A DNA stretch of 64,000 nt from IMG/VR virus record IMGVR_UViG_3300042368_001196. One strand, 5' to 3'. The notes under the pieces were generated by a model. It was not told the origin of the DNA. It ran no database searches and saw only the letters and a list, made by a program, of their open reading frames with translations. The stretch is from an uncultured virus (IMG/VR IMGVR_UViG_3300042368_001196) (taxonomy: Duplodnaviria > Heunggongvirae > Uroviricota > Caudoviricetes). Positions 54,547 through 63,928 of the stretch are shown piece by piece. Both the position numbers and the translations under genes were made by a program. Position 1 is the stretch's first letter; the number at the start of each line of letters is the position of its first letter.

Positions 54547-54891
54547 TCACCCGTTCCGGTGTTTCCGGAGCAGGGCAGCAATGGTTTTTTGCATTTGTGG
54601 ATCGAGGCTGTCCGAAGCGCGTTCTTCCTTGGTGTCGGCCTTATAGACAGCCAACTCCTCGGCAACGCGAGACAGCGTTTTATCTGGGTCTTCTTTGGCC
54701 AGGTATTGAGCGGTAGCTTCACGAATCAGGGAACTCACGTTGGTCTGCTTGGCTGCGGCCAAAAGGCGCAGGGCAGCGGAGGTTCCTTTACTTTCGACAT
54801 AGCTAACACGCTCGGTGCCTGGTTTCAGACGACCGTGTTTTGTGGTGCTCATGGGTTTTTGGGTTTTCCTTTCTTCGATAACTTTAGACAT
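54547..54891 (-). CDS. RHH-like regulator, candidate immunity repressor
   Basis: RVSYVE...LRLLAAAKQTNVSSLIREATAQYL; appears co-transcribed with the integrase. Confidence 0.55.
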   Translation of the reverse strand: MSKVIEERKTQKPMSTTKHGRLKPGTERVSYVESKGTSAALRLLAAAKQTNVSSLIREATAQYLAKEDPDKTLSRVAEELAVYKADTKEERASDSLDPQMQKTIAALLRKHRNG

Positions 54892-54908
54892 CGGGCGTGT
54901 GTGGTTGT

Positions 54909-56150
54909 TCACCATTTTATTAAATGAGACAAGCCTTTTTCTTTCGCATAAGCCCGCACTGATATCGGTGTGATATTAAACCATGCCTCTGCCGCCGAGG
55001 GGGTTACGAGGGCTTTGTAGTTGGATTGGATGATACCCGGAGAATTTCCCGCCAGTTCCCTTGTGAGCCAGATATCCCTGTGACGGGCCAAGTGGTAGCT
55101 GATGAAGGAGTGTCGGAGGGCATTTTTCTTCCAAACAACCCCGACTTCCCGCAGCCGCGCTTTGTCTGAGTAAACTTTTTTCGCCTCGTGCTTTGAGATT
55201 AGCGGGGCGTCCGGACCTTTTTTGGGGGCTATCGCCTTCCATGCCTGGAGGTTTGGGGTTTGGTCGATGGTCCGCCGTGAGGGATTTTTGGCCACGTCGG
55301 CATCGATACAGACAATGTTCTCTTCGTCGAGAAAGTCGGAATACTTCAGTTTCCATCCTTCGGCGCAGCGTCCACCCCCAAAACAAACGGTGGCCACATA
55401 GAGCAACTGGCTTGGTCGAAGCACGATGAACAGCCGGGTAAGCTCCTCGGGAGTGAAGACTGGGTGCTTCTTGGGCCGGATTTTCGGCAGCGGCACATCC
55501 TCGAAAGGCGAGTCAAAGTTCCGCGGCACATACCGCTTTCTTTTGGCAAAAAACTCCCGGGCTTTGATCGCGTCGATGAGGTTTCTTTTTGTCACTGGGC
55601 TGTAGTCGCTCTCGAGGAGTTTTGTCTTCAGCAGTTCGCCGGTTATCTGCTGGAGCGTCATCGACCCAAACCATTTCTTGAGCACACCGTTTTCGTATTT
55701 GATGTTTTTGAGGTGCTCGTGGGAGACCTCTTCGTTGAGTTTCCGTAGCTCCGTTTCCTTCTCCAACTCGTCGCACAAATCTCCGATCGTCTTGCGCGGC
55801 CCGCCGATTGCGTGCGTGCGTAGGTAAAGTTCGATCGCCGAGAGCATGTGGCTTTTGCCGCCCACTTTGCGCAAACACTCATTAAGGAATACAATATCCC
55901 CTGAATGAACGGATGTTCTGGTTCCCTCGGCGCGGGCGAGGTCGTGCACAATGCGCTTTGCTTCTTCGATCGCTTCGTTTCGATCGGAGATATTGCGGCG
56001 AAATTTTTGCGTGCCGACGTGCCAGTGCAATACGTGTCGAAGGTATCGTCCGTTTTGTTCCGTTCGGATCTCCACCTCCGCTCCGCCAAAACGCACTTTG
56101 GCTGGGCCGTTTTTTGTCTCAATAAGCTCAGGGATTTCGTGGTTCTTCAT
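54909..56150 (-). CDS. int: Tyrosine integrase
   Basis: GGRCAE, AKNPSRR, NALRHSFISY, AGNS....SNY. Confidence 0.88.
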   Translation of the reverse strand: MKNHEIPELIETKNGPAKVRFGGAEVEIRTEQNGRYLRHVLHWHVGTQKFRRNISDRNEAIEEAKRIVHDLARAEGTRTSVHSGDIVFLNECLRKVGGKSHMLSAIELYLRTHAIGGPRKTIGDLCDELEKETELRKLNEEVSHEHLKNIKYENGVLKKWFGSMTLQQITGELLKTKLLESDYSPVTKRNLIDAIKAREFFAKRKRYVPRNFDSPFEDVPLPKIRPKKHPVFTPEELTRLFIVLRPSQLLYVATVCFGGGRCAEGWKLKYSDFLDEENIVCIDADVAKNPSRRTIDQTPNLQAWKAIAPKKGPDAPLISKHEAKKVYSDKARLREVGVVWKKNALRHSFISYHLARHRDIWLTRELAGNSPGIIQSNYKALVTPSAAEAWFNITPISVRAYAKEKGLSHLIKW

Positions 56151-56281
56151 GTCTATTTTGGGACAAAAATCTGCTCCAATCGTTCAAAATCATACATAAC
56201 CACATAACATTATATGATGTCAGGATTGCGTAACTTTTTGTCTAACAGAGTAAATCGAGTGACTTACGACAAATGAAAAAA

Positions 56282-56302
56282 GTCGGGGCGACAGGATTCG
56301 AA
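56282..56302 (-). other. Candidate attP core identical in form to a tRNA 3' end (tRNA-Pro-like)
   Basis: Minus strand TTCGAATCCTGTCGCCCCGAC = T-loop plus acceptor stem, 130 nt upstream of int. Confidence 0.7.
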
Positions 56303-56404
56303 GCAGAGTGCCACTTCCGTAAAAGGTTCTTTTACAGAGGGATAGTGGCTGGGGTTTATTTTGGAGCAGATTGGGGCGGGCTTTTCAGCCCATTTTGAGT
56401 GGCG

Positions 56405-58177
56405 ATGAGTGTTTGCAGTCTCATTAAGCCCGGCGAACCGCAGCCCGCGGGATACTTTCCGCGTTACGGGTTTTGGTGGCAAAAGGACACCGCCGATTGG
56501 GCGGTCGAGCTTTACTGCTTCCGTCAAAAAGAGCGGGTGGGAGAGATGCTTGCCAAGGAAGCCCACTTCAAAAACGCGGCCCAGATGTTCTTCCACAAGA
56601 AGACGGAGAACTTTATCTGGCATCCGTGGGCGGACGATATGCTTTACGAGTGCTGTCATAGCAAGTTTGTCGGTTTCGCAGGCTGCGGTTCGTCCGGCAA
56701 GTCGGAATTCATGGCGATCTGGGCTTTGCTGAATTGGCTGGCTGCGCCGTTCCACACGCTTTCGTTGGTCACGAGCACGAGCATCCGTGATGCGAAGAAA
56801 CGGGTCTGGGGTGCAATCCAGAGGTATTGGCCGTGCATCAAGCATGTCGCGCCCGGAAAACTGGCAGACACTCCGACTCCGGCCATCTACACGATCCGGA
56901 ACGGCGAGCGGCTGGAGCAGTCGGGGGTTTACTTGATTCCGGCCGAGGCCAAGAAGACATCCGAGGTGACGGGTAAGATGCGAGGCATGAAGGCTCCTCG
57001 GGTCATCGTCGCGGCCGACGAGTTGAGTGAGTTGGGTCATGCCTTCCTCGACACGGCGATGTCGAACCTTTCGAACAACCCGTTTCTCCACATTTGCGCG
57101 GCGGCGAACCCTGTCAGCTATTACGATCCCTTCGGCCGCTTCGTCGAGCCGACGAACGGGTGGGGGAGCATCACGGTCAACGATGAGAAGTGGGAGACCA
57201 AGCTGGGTGGGGTTTGTCTGCACCTCGATGCCCTCAAGAATCCGAACTACTTGGCCGGCGAGAACAAGTGGCCGATCCAGAAATGGGAGAAGATCGACGA
57301 GGCCCGTGAACGACTCGGTGAGGACAACCCGATCTTCTGGCGTGACTATCGGGGGTTCTGGCCACCGCAGGCGGTCAGCAAAGCCATCTACAGCGAGGCC
57401 GAGATCATCCGCTTCCAAGCCGATCAGAAGCCGATCTGGAGGGGCCGCGCCGAACGTATTGTCGGCATCGACCCCTCGTTCGTGAGCGGCGGGGATAGGT
57501 GTGTCATTTATTTAGGCTCGTTTGGCCAGAACAAAGATGGGGTCGATCAGGTTTCCTTCGACGAATTCCACTACCTCGACGAAGAGGCGAGCAACCCCGA
57601 GCCGCGCACCTTCCAGATCGCCAAGAAAATCAAAGACATCGTGGTCAAGGCTGGGGTGCCGTGGCGCAACATCGGGGTCGACGTGACGGGTGGCGGTGTG
57701 CCGTTCTGCGATGCGATGGCTACGGTCTGCGGGTCGAACGAGTTTCTCCGGGTTCACTTCGGCGGGGCTCCCTCTGGGCGCTCGCTCTCGGCTTACGATG
57801 CGACCGCAGCCCAAGATAAGTATGTGAACCGCGTGACCGAGCTTTGGTTCGGTGCGAAGGAGTTTCTCCAGAATGGTCAGTTGCGGGGGATCGGGCCGGA
57901 TCTTGCTCGGGAGATGACCAGCCGGAACTACGACACGCGCAAATCCGGATCGATGAAGGTCGTCGTCGAGAGTAAGACCGACATGAAGGCCAGGATCGGC
58001 CGGTCGCCCGACGTAGCCGACGCGGCCTTCGTCATGCTCGATGTTGTCCGCGAAAGGTTCGGGCTGCGTCCTCCGCAAGAGACTGGTGGGAGTCGCCGCG
58101 GCATGAGCAGTTGGAAGTCGACGATGACGACCAAGTATGCCCCGCGGCGGTCGGGTCAGTTGCTCCAGTCTTTTTGA
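56405..58177 (+). CDS. terL: Terminase large subunit
   Basis: Walker A GCGSSGKS, Walker B VAADE, AANP, nuclease VGIDPS and SPDVADA. Confidence 0.9.
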   Translation: MSVCSLIKPGEPQPAGYFPRYGFWWQKDTADWAVELYCFRQKERVGEMLAKEAHFKNAAQMFFHKKTENFIWHPWADDMLYECCHSKFVGFAGCGSSGKSEFMAIWALLNWLAAPFHTLSLVTSTSIRDAKKRVWGAIQRYWPCIKHVAPGKLADTPTPAIYTIRNGERLEQSGVYLIPAEAKKTSEVTGKMRGMKAPRVIVAADELSELGHAFLDTAMSNLSNNPFLHICAAANPVSYYDPFGRFVEPTNGWGSITVNDEKWETKLGGVCLHLDALKNPNYLAGENKWPIQKWEKIDEARERLGEDNPIFWRDYRGFWPPQAVSKAIYSEAEIIRFQADQKPIWRGRAERIVGIDPSFVSGGDRCVIYLGSFGQNKDGVDQVSFDEFHYLDEEASNPEPRTFQIAKKIKDIVVKAGVPWRNIGVDVTGGGVPFCDAMATVCGSNEFLRVHFGGAPSGRSLSAYDATAAQDKYVNRVTELWFGAKEFLQNGQLRGIGPDLAREMTSRNYDTRKSGSMKVVVESKTDMKARIGRSPDVADAAFVMLDVVRERFGLRPPQETGGSRRGMSSWKSTMTTKYAPRRSGQLLQSF

Positions 58178-58200
58178 AGCGGTATCATAACAGCATAACA

Positions 58201-58386
58201 ATGTCGTATCGCGTCACAGTTGAAGAGCTTCGCAAGAATGCGCCACCGCTGCGGATGATTTCGCTGACCGCACCGGATTGGCTTCAGGCCGTCGATGCGG
58301 TGACCGAGGTGTTGTCCAAGGAAGACACCATGTTCCAAGAGGACGAGACCGAAACACGCGAAGAAGCTAACGACGATTGGGTATAA
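58201..58386 (+). CDS. Hypothetical protein
   Basis: MSYRVTVEEL...; TAATG overlap with the next gene. Confidence 0.55.
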   Translation: MSYRVTVEELRKNAPPLRMISLTAPDWLQAVDAVTEVLSKEDTMFQEDETETREEANDDWV

Positions 58387-59486
58387 TGCCGCTGGGAACT
58401 TCATACGGGTATCCGGTCAAGACAGCCGACGAACTCGGACTGACGGACTATTTCCGCAAGAACCCAAAAGTCGCCGGTATGGCATGGGGCGGTGGGTTGA
58501 ACGGAACCGACGTGAAAGAGCCTCGGGTAATCGTGGCCAATCCGTTCAACCGTCACATGGCTGACCCGAACAAGATGCAGGGTCTTCTCAAGATTGAAGC
58601 GGCCATGCATTTGATGGACGAGACCGGATACGCGCCTGAGTTTGAGCTTTCCGAAGAGCAGCAGGAGTGGCGCAAAAAAGAGTTTGGCAAAGACGCGGCG
58701 AGCAAGGCTTACGCGGAAGATGATATTGCGTTCAAGAGGTCGATCATCTCGCGGATCGGGGTCGATAAAGTTTCAGGTGTTACGCCGGAGCAGAAAGCCG
58801 AAGCGGACCGGATCAATGCGATTTTAGACGAGCGGGAGAATCCGGACTTTGTGAAGTCTATAATGAGCAATTTAGGCCCAGAGATTAACGCAGCGCAGTC
58901 ATTTTTGGACGACTGGTATGACCGCCGCAAAATAACAGATCCACACATCCAAGAGGGACTGGATAAAGACGCGCCGTATATAGAAGAAAACTTACAGAAG
59001 CCACCAAAAGTAGAAATTCAGAAGGAGATCGACGGCGATCCAAGAATAACGGGGCAATACCTACGGGATGAAGGCCGTCTTCTGATGACTCCTAACGCGG
59101 ACAGTTCCGTGCCACTCCATGAGTTGACGCATCATGTGAATCAAGCAGGACTCGGAGGCGGCTTTATGAGGACCATACATAAAGACATTGTCGCCAACGA
59201 AATTAAACCCAAAGACCAGCAGAAAGGCGTCTATAAGGACAAGTTTGATTACTTTGCTAATCCAGATGAAGTCCATGCGCGGATAATGGTGCTTCGTCAG
59301 CAAGCTGGTTTTCAGCCGGACAAGACCATTACGGAGCAGGATTTGGAGGGGTTTTTACAGGACTACGACGGCAATAACGACAATATCAATGATCTACTTG
59401 AGATGTCCAAAGGAAGAAAAAGCATCCTTAACATGCTAAATTTCATGGCGTCTGTTCCCAGAGACCGAAGCACTCTAACAGCGTGA
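58386..59486 (+). CDS. Two-domain protein with a C-terminal HExxH zincin motif
   Basis: PLHELTHH...YFANPDEVHAR; lower-GC C-terminal half. Confidence 0.65.
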   Translation: MPLGTSYGYPVKTADELGLTDYFRKNPKVAGMAWGGGLNGTDVKEPRVIVANPFNRHMADPNKMQGLLKIEAAMHLMDETGYAPEFELSEEQQEWRKKEFGKDAASKAYAEDDIAFKRSIISRIGVDKVSGVTPEQKAEADRINAILDERENPDFVKSIMSNLGPEINAAQSFLDDWYDRRKITDPHIQEGLDKDAPYIEENLQKPPKVEIQKEIDGDPRITGQYLRDEGRLLMTPNADSSVPLHELTHHVNQAGLGGGFMRTIHKDIVANEIKPKDQQKGVYKDKFDYFANPDEVHARIMVLRQQAGFQPDKTITEQDLEGFLQDYDGNNDNINDLLEMSKGRKSILNMLNFMASVPRDRSTLTA

Positions 59487-60457
59487 ATTATTTCCACTCC
59501 GGAGATTTGGGAGATGTGCTCTACGCCTTGCCCTCGATGAGGGAACTCGGGCGCGGGGATCTTTATCTGAACTCCCGTCCCTGGACGGCGAAGATGACTG
59601 AGCAGCGGGCGGCGGTGTTGCGTCCACTCCTTGAAGCCCAAGACTATGTCGGCAAGGTCATTCACGGGGATGCGCCGGCCAACGAGCACTGCGTTAATTT
59701 CTCTACGTTCCGTAATGGCGGGCTGATCTACGGGGTCAGCCTGATGGAATTGCAAAGCGATTGGGTCAATGCGAACGCGGTGCCCGATCCTTGGCTGAAA
59801 GTTTCCCCCTCGGCGCGGGCGCGGGGGCGGGTCGTCTGTCACCGCAGCCCGCGCTACCACAATCCTTACTTCCGGTGGGATCTAATCGGTGAAGCCCTCG
59901 GCACGAAGATGCTCTTTGTCGGGTTGCCGCACGAGGTCGAGGAACTGCGTCGGGTGACCAAGGTCCATGCCGAGTATGCGATCACCAGCGATTACCTTGA
60001 ACTGGCCAAGCTGATTGCGGGCGCGGATCTCTTTATCGGCAACCAGTCGAGCCCGATGGGCTTGGCTATTGGTCTCGGGGTGCCCTTCATCCAAGAGACA
60101 TGCCTTTGGACGCCGGACTGTCTCTACCCGCGCAAGGACGGCACCTATTGTTATGACGGTGGGATATCCCACTTCGAGATCCCGCCCTTCAATCCGCCGC
60201 CGGATGTCGATCGCAACGCGCTCCCTCCCGGCGGATGGCAAGTGATCTCCCGTCATAGCGGTGAACGCGGCTCCTTCAAGAGCCACCGCCTCGCGACCCG
60301 CCACCTCTACAAGACCGACCGCTTTTTCACCGAGACAGATGCCGCCGTCGAGGTCGACCGGCAGAATGCCCTCCGCATTCCGCATCTCGTCCGACGCAAC
60401 TCGACCTTTGAAATCTTCGGCAAGGTGGCACCTTTAGTCCACGCCGTTGCTGCATGA
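59483..60457 (+). CDS. GT9 (heptosyltransferase-like) glycosyltransferase
   Basis: SGDLGDVLYALP and ELAKLIAGADLFIGNQSSPMGLA. Confidence 0.75.
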   Translation: MNYFHSGDLGDVLYALPSMRELGRGDLYLNSRPWTAKMTEQRAAVLRPLLEAQDYVGKVIHGDAPANEHCVNFSTFRNGGLIYGVSLMELQSDWVNANAVPDPWLKVSPSARARGRVVCHRSPRYHNPYFRWDLIGEALGTKMLFVGLPHEVEELRRVTKVHAEYAITSDYLELAKLIAGADLFIGNQSSPMGLAIGLGVPFIQETCLWTPDCLYPRKDGTYCYDGGISHFEIPPFNPPPDVDRNALPPGGWQVISRHSGERGSFKSHRLATRHLYKTDRFFTETDAAVEVDRQNALRIPHLVRRNSTFEIFGKVAPLVHAVAA

Positions 60458-60846
60458 CTGACTGTGAAAAAGGCACCTCGGCCGAGGTAAGGTTTATTTA
60501 TGAAGCCGATGGGCGTGGCTGGAAAGTCTACGTGCCGCTCGGTCATGCCCATGCCGCCGACCTCGTCATTCTCCGTCCCCCGAAACGACCCATCAGTGTT
60601 CAGGTAAAAACCGCGACCTTTAACCCGCACCGCAATAACTACGGAGTGATGACGAGCCGTGGTAAGAAAACCAAGAAGGCTTATGCTCGTGGCGATTTTC
60701 AGATTCTCGCCGCTTGGCTCCCCGACTTGAAGCAGTTCGTCCTCTGGCGATTTGACGAGATTAAAAAGAGGAAGAAGATTTGCTATTCGCCGCGGCTCCA
60801 TCGACAGCCGGATAATTGGGAAATCCTCGACACCGTGCTAAAGTAA
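60454..60846 (+). CDS. PD-(D/E)XK homing-type endonuclease
   Basis: KGTSAE...VYVP...ADLVI....SVQVKT. Confidence 0.7.
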   Translation: MTDCEKGTSAEVRFIYEADGRGWKVYVPLGHAHAADLVILRPPKRPISVQVKTATFNPHRNNYGVMTSRGKKTKKAYARGDFQILAAWLPDLKQFVLWRFDEIKKRKKICYSPRLHRQPDNWEILDTVLK

Positions 60847-60860
60847 TAACTCCGTAAACC

Positions 60861-61616
60861 ATGCTCCTCGTCCTGCCCGTCTCTCAAGCCGACATCAAGC
60901 TCGCCACTAAGCTGGCCGGGCACATGGCCCTTTTGGGTAACCTCGGCCGGCACAAGCTGCTGGTGGTCGGAGCCTACAATACGAAGGACGAAGCCGCCGC
61001 TTTGAAAGAGCAGTTGGCCCCGCTTTTCGCTTCGGCCGAGCTTTTCGTCCCAGATTCCGAGTGTGAACTCGGCTGGCCCCAGAGTGCCAACCATCTGTGG
61101 GCTCGCACTGTGCGATACCTTCAACACAGCGGGAACAAGGACACTTGGTATTGGTTCGAGGCCGACAACACCCCGATCCGCGAGGATTGGCTCGACGCGA
61201 TCGAGACCGAATACAACCAAGCCCAGAAACCTTTCCTTGGAGCCATCCAAGTGACCCGGATGCTCGACCGCAAGACGGGCGAATTCGTCAAAGTCGACGG
61301 CGAGCATGTCATCGGCACCTGTGTTTATCCGGGCGATCTCCATAACCGCTCGATCTTGTGGAGCTATGTCCGCACCGACGACGGCCCGAATGTCGAACCC
61401 TTCGACGTTTATCTCCGCCACGAGATGCGCCCGAACACGGCGGTCTCGAAACTTATTCACAACAACTGGCGCACCAAGAACTACGAGATCGATGAAGACG
61501 GCCGCATCTACTGCGATCCGATCGACGACAAATCGGTCTACGGCCCCGTGCCGACCAACGCCGCCGTCGTCCACGGTTGTAAAGACGGCTCACTTATCGA
61601 AGCCCTGCAAAAATGA
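60861..61616 (+). CDS. Putative GT-A-like glycosyltransferase
   Basis: GWPQSAN, WFEADNTP..DWLD, PFD, VVHGCKD. Confidence 0.5.
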   Translation: MLLVLPVSQADIKLATKLAGHMALLGNLGRHKLLVVGAYNTKDEAAALKEQLAPLFASAELFVPDSECELGWPQSANHLWARTVRYLQHSGNKDTWYWFEADNTPIREDWLDAIETEYNQAQKPFLGAIQVTRMLDRKTGEFVKVDGEHVIGTCVYPGDLHNRSILWSYVRTDDGPNVEPFDVYLRHEMRPNTAVSKLIHNNWRTKNYEIDEDGRIYCDPIDDKSVYGPVPTNAAVVHGCKDGSLIEALQK

Positions 61617-63925
61617 CAAATTCCGAACTAGCACCCCTCGAACTCCTTGGCCTTGAAGAGAACGGCCGCGCCCCCAAGATGCGCGTGGACAACGTCAACA
61701 GCGCCCGCTCCATCTACAAAGCGATCAAGGACAGCGACCAAGGCTCCAGTAAAAACCGCGCTCTGGTTGACGCCATGTTCAATGGTGCCGCCCCCTTCAA
61801 CCAGCAAGACTTGATCGAGATGGGCCAAGGCGAGCGCACGAATCTCGATTTCGGCGAAGCCTCCGCCCTGAAAGAGCAAGCCCTCGCCGGATACTACGAC
61901 CTCACATCAAGCGTCGATGTCTTGGCCCGTATTTCGATCGATTACGGTTCCCCCGAGCAGAAGGTCGAGTGGGAGCGCATCCTGGCCGAAGAATTTACGC
62001 GGACTCTCAAAGAGTGGCAGGAATTCGAGTTCAATCACCAGATGCTTGCCGACCAGTTCGTCTCGCATGGCGTCGGGGTTTGTTATTTTGAGGACGAGGT
62101 CGATTGGCGTTGGCGTGTGGCCGGGCTCTCCGAGTTCCGGTTGCCACGTGGAACACGCGCCTCCGAATGGGAGATCGAGGTCGCCACGGTTGATCGCGAG
62201 TATCAGGCGCATCAACTTTACAAATTCATCGAAGACCCCGCCGTGGCCAAAGACCTGGGGTGGAACGTGAAGATGGTGAAGCAGGCGTTGATCCGCGCTT
62301 GCCGCGACAGTTCGTTTCAAGAGGCCGGTGAGTGGGAGAAGCTCGAAGTAGAACTTAAAAACAACGACCTCCTCTACGGCAACAGCCGTGGCAAGAAAGT
62401 GCACGTTGTGCACATGTGGGTGCGCGAGTTTGACGGCAAGGTATCCCACCTCATGTTCCTCAAGGATCCGATCGGTTCGGACGAGAACGCCAAGGAGGAG
62501 GACTTCCTCTTCAAGCGCCCGAATCGTTTCGCCGCCCCGACCAACTGCTTCGTTACTTTTTGCTACGGCGTCGGCAACGGCACGTATCACGGCATCCGCG
62601 GGCTTGGATACAAGGTGTATCCACACATTCAGCTTTTGAATCGGCTGCGCTGCGGCATGGTCGATGGTGCGTTGCTCTCTTCGGCCCTGATCGTCCAGCC
62701 CGGCGACAATGGTTCCCGCGCCCTCGAAGACCTCACGCTTTCGTATTACGGCCCCTACGCACTCTTTCCTCCTGGGCTGAAGATCGTCGAGAAGGCGATC
62801 CCCAACTACAACCAGAACCTCATGCCGGTCTTGAACGACCTCACCATGAATATGCAGAACCGGACGATCGGCTACCAGTCTCGCTCGATCACTCCGGACG
62901 GCCAATCCCGCACTGCGTATGAGGTTCGCGCCCAGTTGCAGCAAGAAGCCGTGCTCGGGGCCGCGGCGATCAATCTTTTCTACCACCCGTGGAAACGTCT
63001 TCTTCGTGAGGCATACAGACGTTTAGTGTCGCGTGATTATTCCGCTAATGAACCCGGTGGCCGTGACGCCGTCGACTTCAAGAAGCGTTGTATTGCCCGC
63101 GGAGTGCCGACCGAAGCGATCCATCGTTTCTCTACGGTCGAGCCCGTTCGCGCCATTGGTTACGGAAGCCCTGGGATGCGGAGTGCGGCGATCGACGAGA
63201 CGATGTCCATCTTCGGTTCCTTAGATGAGATGGGTCGGGTCAATCTCTTGCGCGACCGCATTGCCGCCCGCTTTGGGCAGGAAGTGGTCGACCGCTATTT
63301 GCCCTCGCCCGCGACCACGCTCCGCACCCCGATCGACGACAAGATCGCGCTTCTGGAGAATGCCACGATGTCGGCCGGCACCGCGCTGCCCGTCTCCTCC
63401 GGCGAGAACCATTTCATCCACGCCAGCCGCCACCTGACGGCGCTCGATGGTCTCGACCAAGCGATCTCCCAAGGTCAGGCCGACCCTGCCGCCGCGCTCG
63501 CCGCTTACCAGACGATGTTGCCGCATCTCGGTGAACACTTGCAGTTGCTCGCTCCCGATGTCGCCCGTCAGGACCAGATCGGGCTTATGCGCCAGCGGTT
63601 CCAGCAGTTGAATGCTTCCGGTCAGCGACTCGCCGACGAGTTGCAAGCCGCCGCCGAGCAGCAAGCCAAAGCCCAAGAGGCCGAGCAAGCTCGCGCCATT
63701 GAAGCCGAGCAAGCAAGGATTGCCGACATGGAGCGTCAGTTGGCTGATGCCCAGATGCTTTCACCCAAAGCCCAAGCCGACTTGGCCGAACGCAGAGCGA
63801 AGCTCCAGATGCAGATCGAGAAACACCAAGTCGATATGCAGACCAAGCAGGCCAAGGTCATGCAGGATCTCGCCCTCAAAGATGCCCAGACCGCTGCGAA
63901 GATCGGTCCGGCGCAACCGATGTGA
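61613..63925 (+). CDS. Portal protein
   Basis: 770 aa downstream of terL; RTAYEV motif and a C-terminal Gln-rich barrel coiled coil typical of podovirus portals. Confidence 0.75.
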   Translation: MTNSELAPLELLGLEENGRAPKMRVDNVNSARSIYKAIKDSDQGSSKNRALVDAMFNGAAPFNQQDLIEMGQGERTNLDFGEASALKEQALAGYYDLTSSVDVLARISIDYGSPEQKVEWERILAEEFTRTLKEWQEFEFNHQMLADQFVSHGVGVCYFEDEVDWRWRVAGLSEFRLPRGTRASEWEIEVATVDREYQAHQLYKFIEDPAVAKDLGWNVKMVKQALIRACRDSSFQEAGEWEKLEVELKNNDLLYGNSRGKKVHVVHMWVREFDGKVSHLMFLKDPIGSDENAKEEDFLFKRPNRFAAPTNCFVTFCYGVGNGTYHGIRGLGYKVYPHIQLLNRLRCGMVDGALLSSALIVQPGDNGSRALEDLTLSYYGPYALFPPGLKIVEKAIPNYNQNLMPVLNDLTMNMQNRTIGYQSRSITPDGQSRTAYEVRAQLQQEAVLGAAAINLFYHPWKRLLREAYRRLVSRDYSANEPGGRDAVDFKKRCIARGVPTEAIHRFSTVEPVRAIGYGSPGMRSAAIDETMSIFGSLDEMGRVNLLRDRIAARFGQEVVDRYLPSPATTLRTPIDDKIALLENATMSAGTALPVSSGENHFIHASRHLTALDGLDQAISQGQADPAAALAAYQTMLPHLGEHLQLLAPDVARQDQIGLMRQRFQQLNASGQRLADELQAAAEQQAKAQEAEQARAIEAEQARIADMERQLADAQMLSPKAQADLAERRAKLQMQIEKHQVDMQTKQAKVMQDLALKDAQTAAKIGPAQPM

Positions 63926-63928
63926 CTT

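Noticed and set aside
56282..56302. Complete tRNA gene
   Set aside because: Only the T-loop and 3' acceptor strand are present
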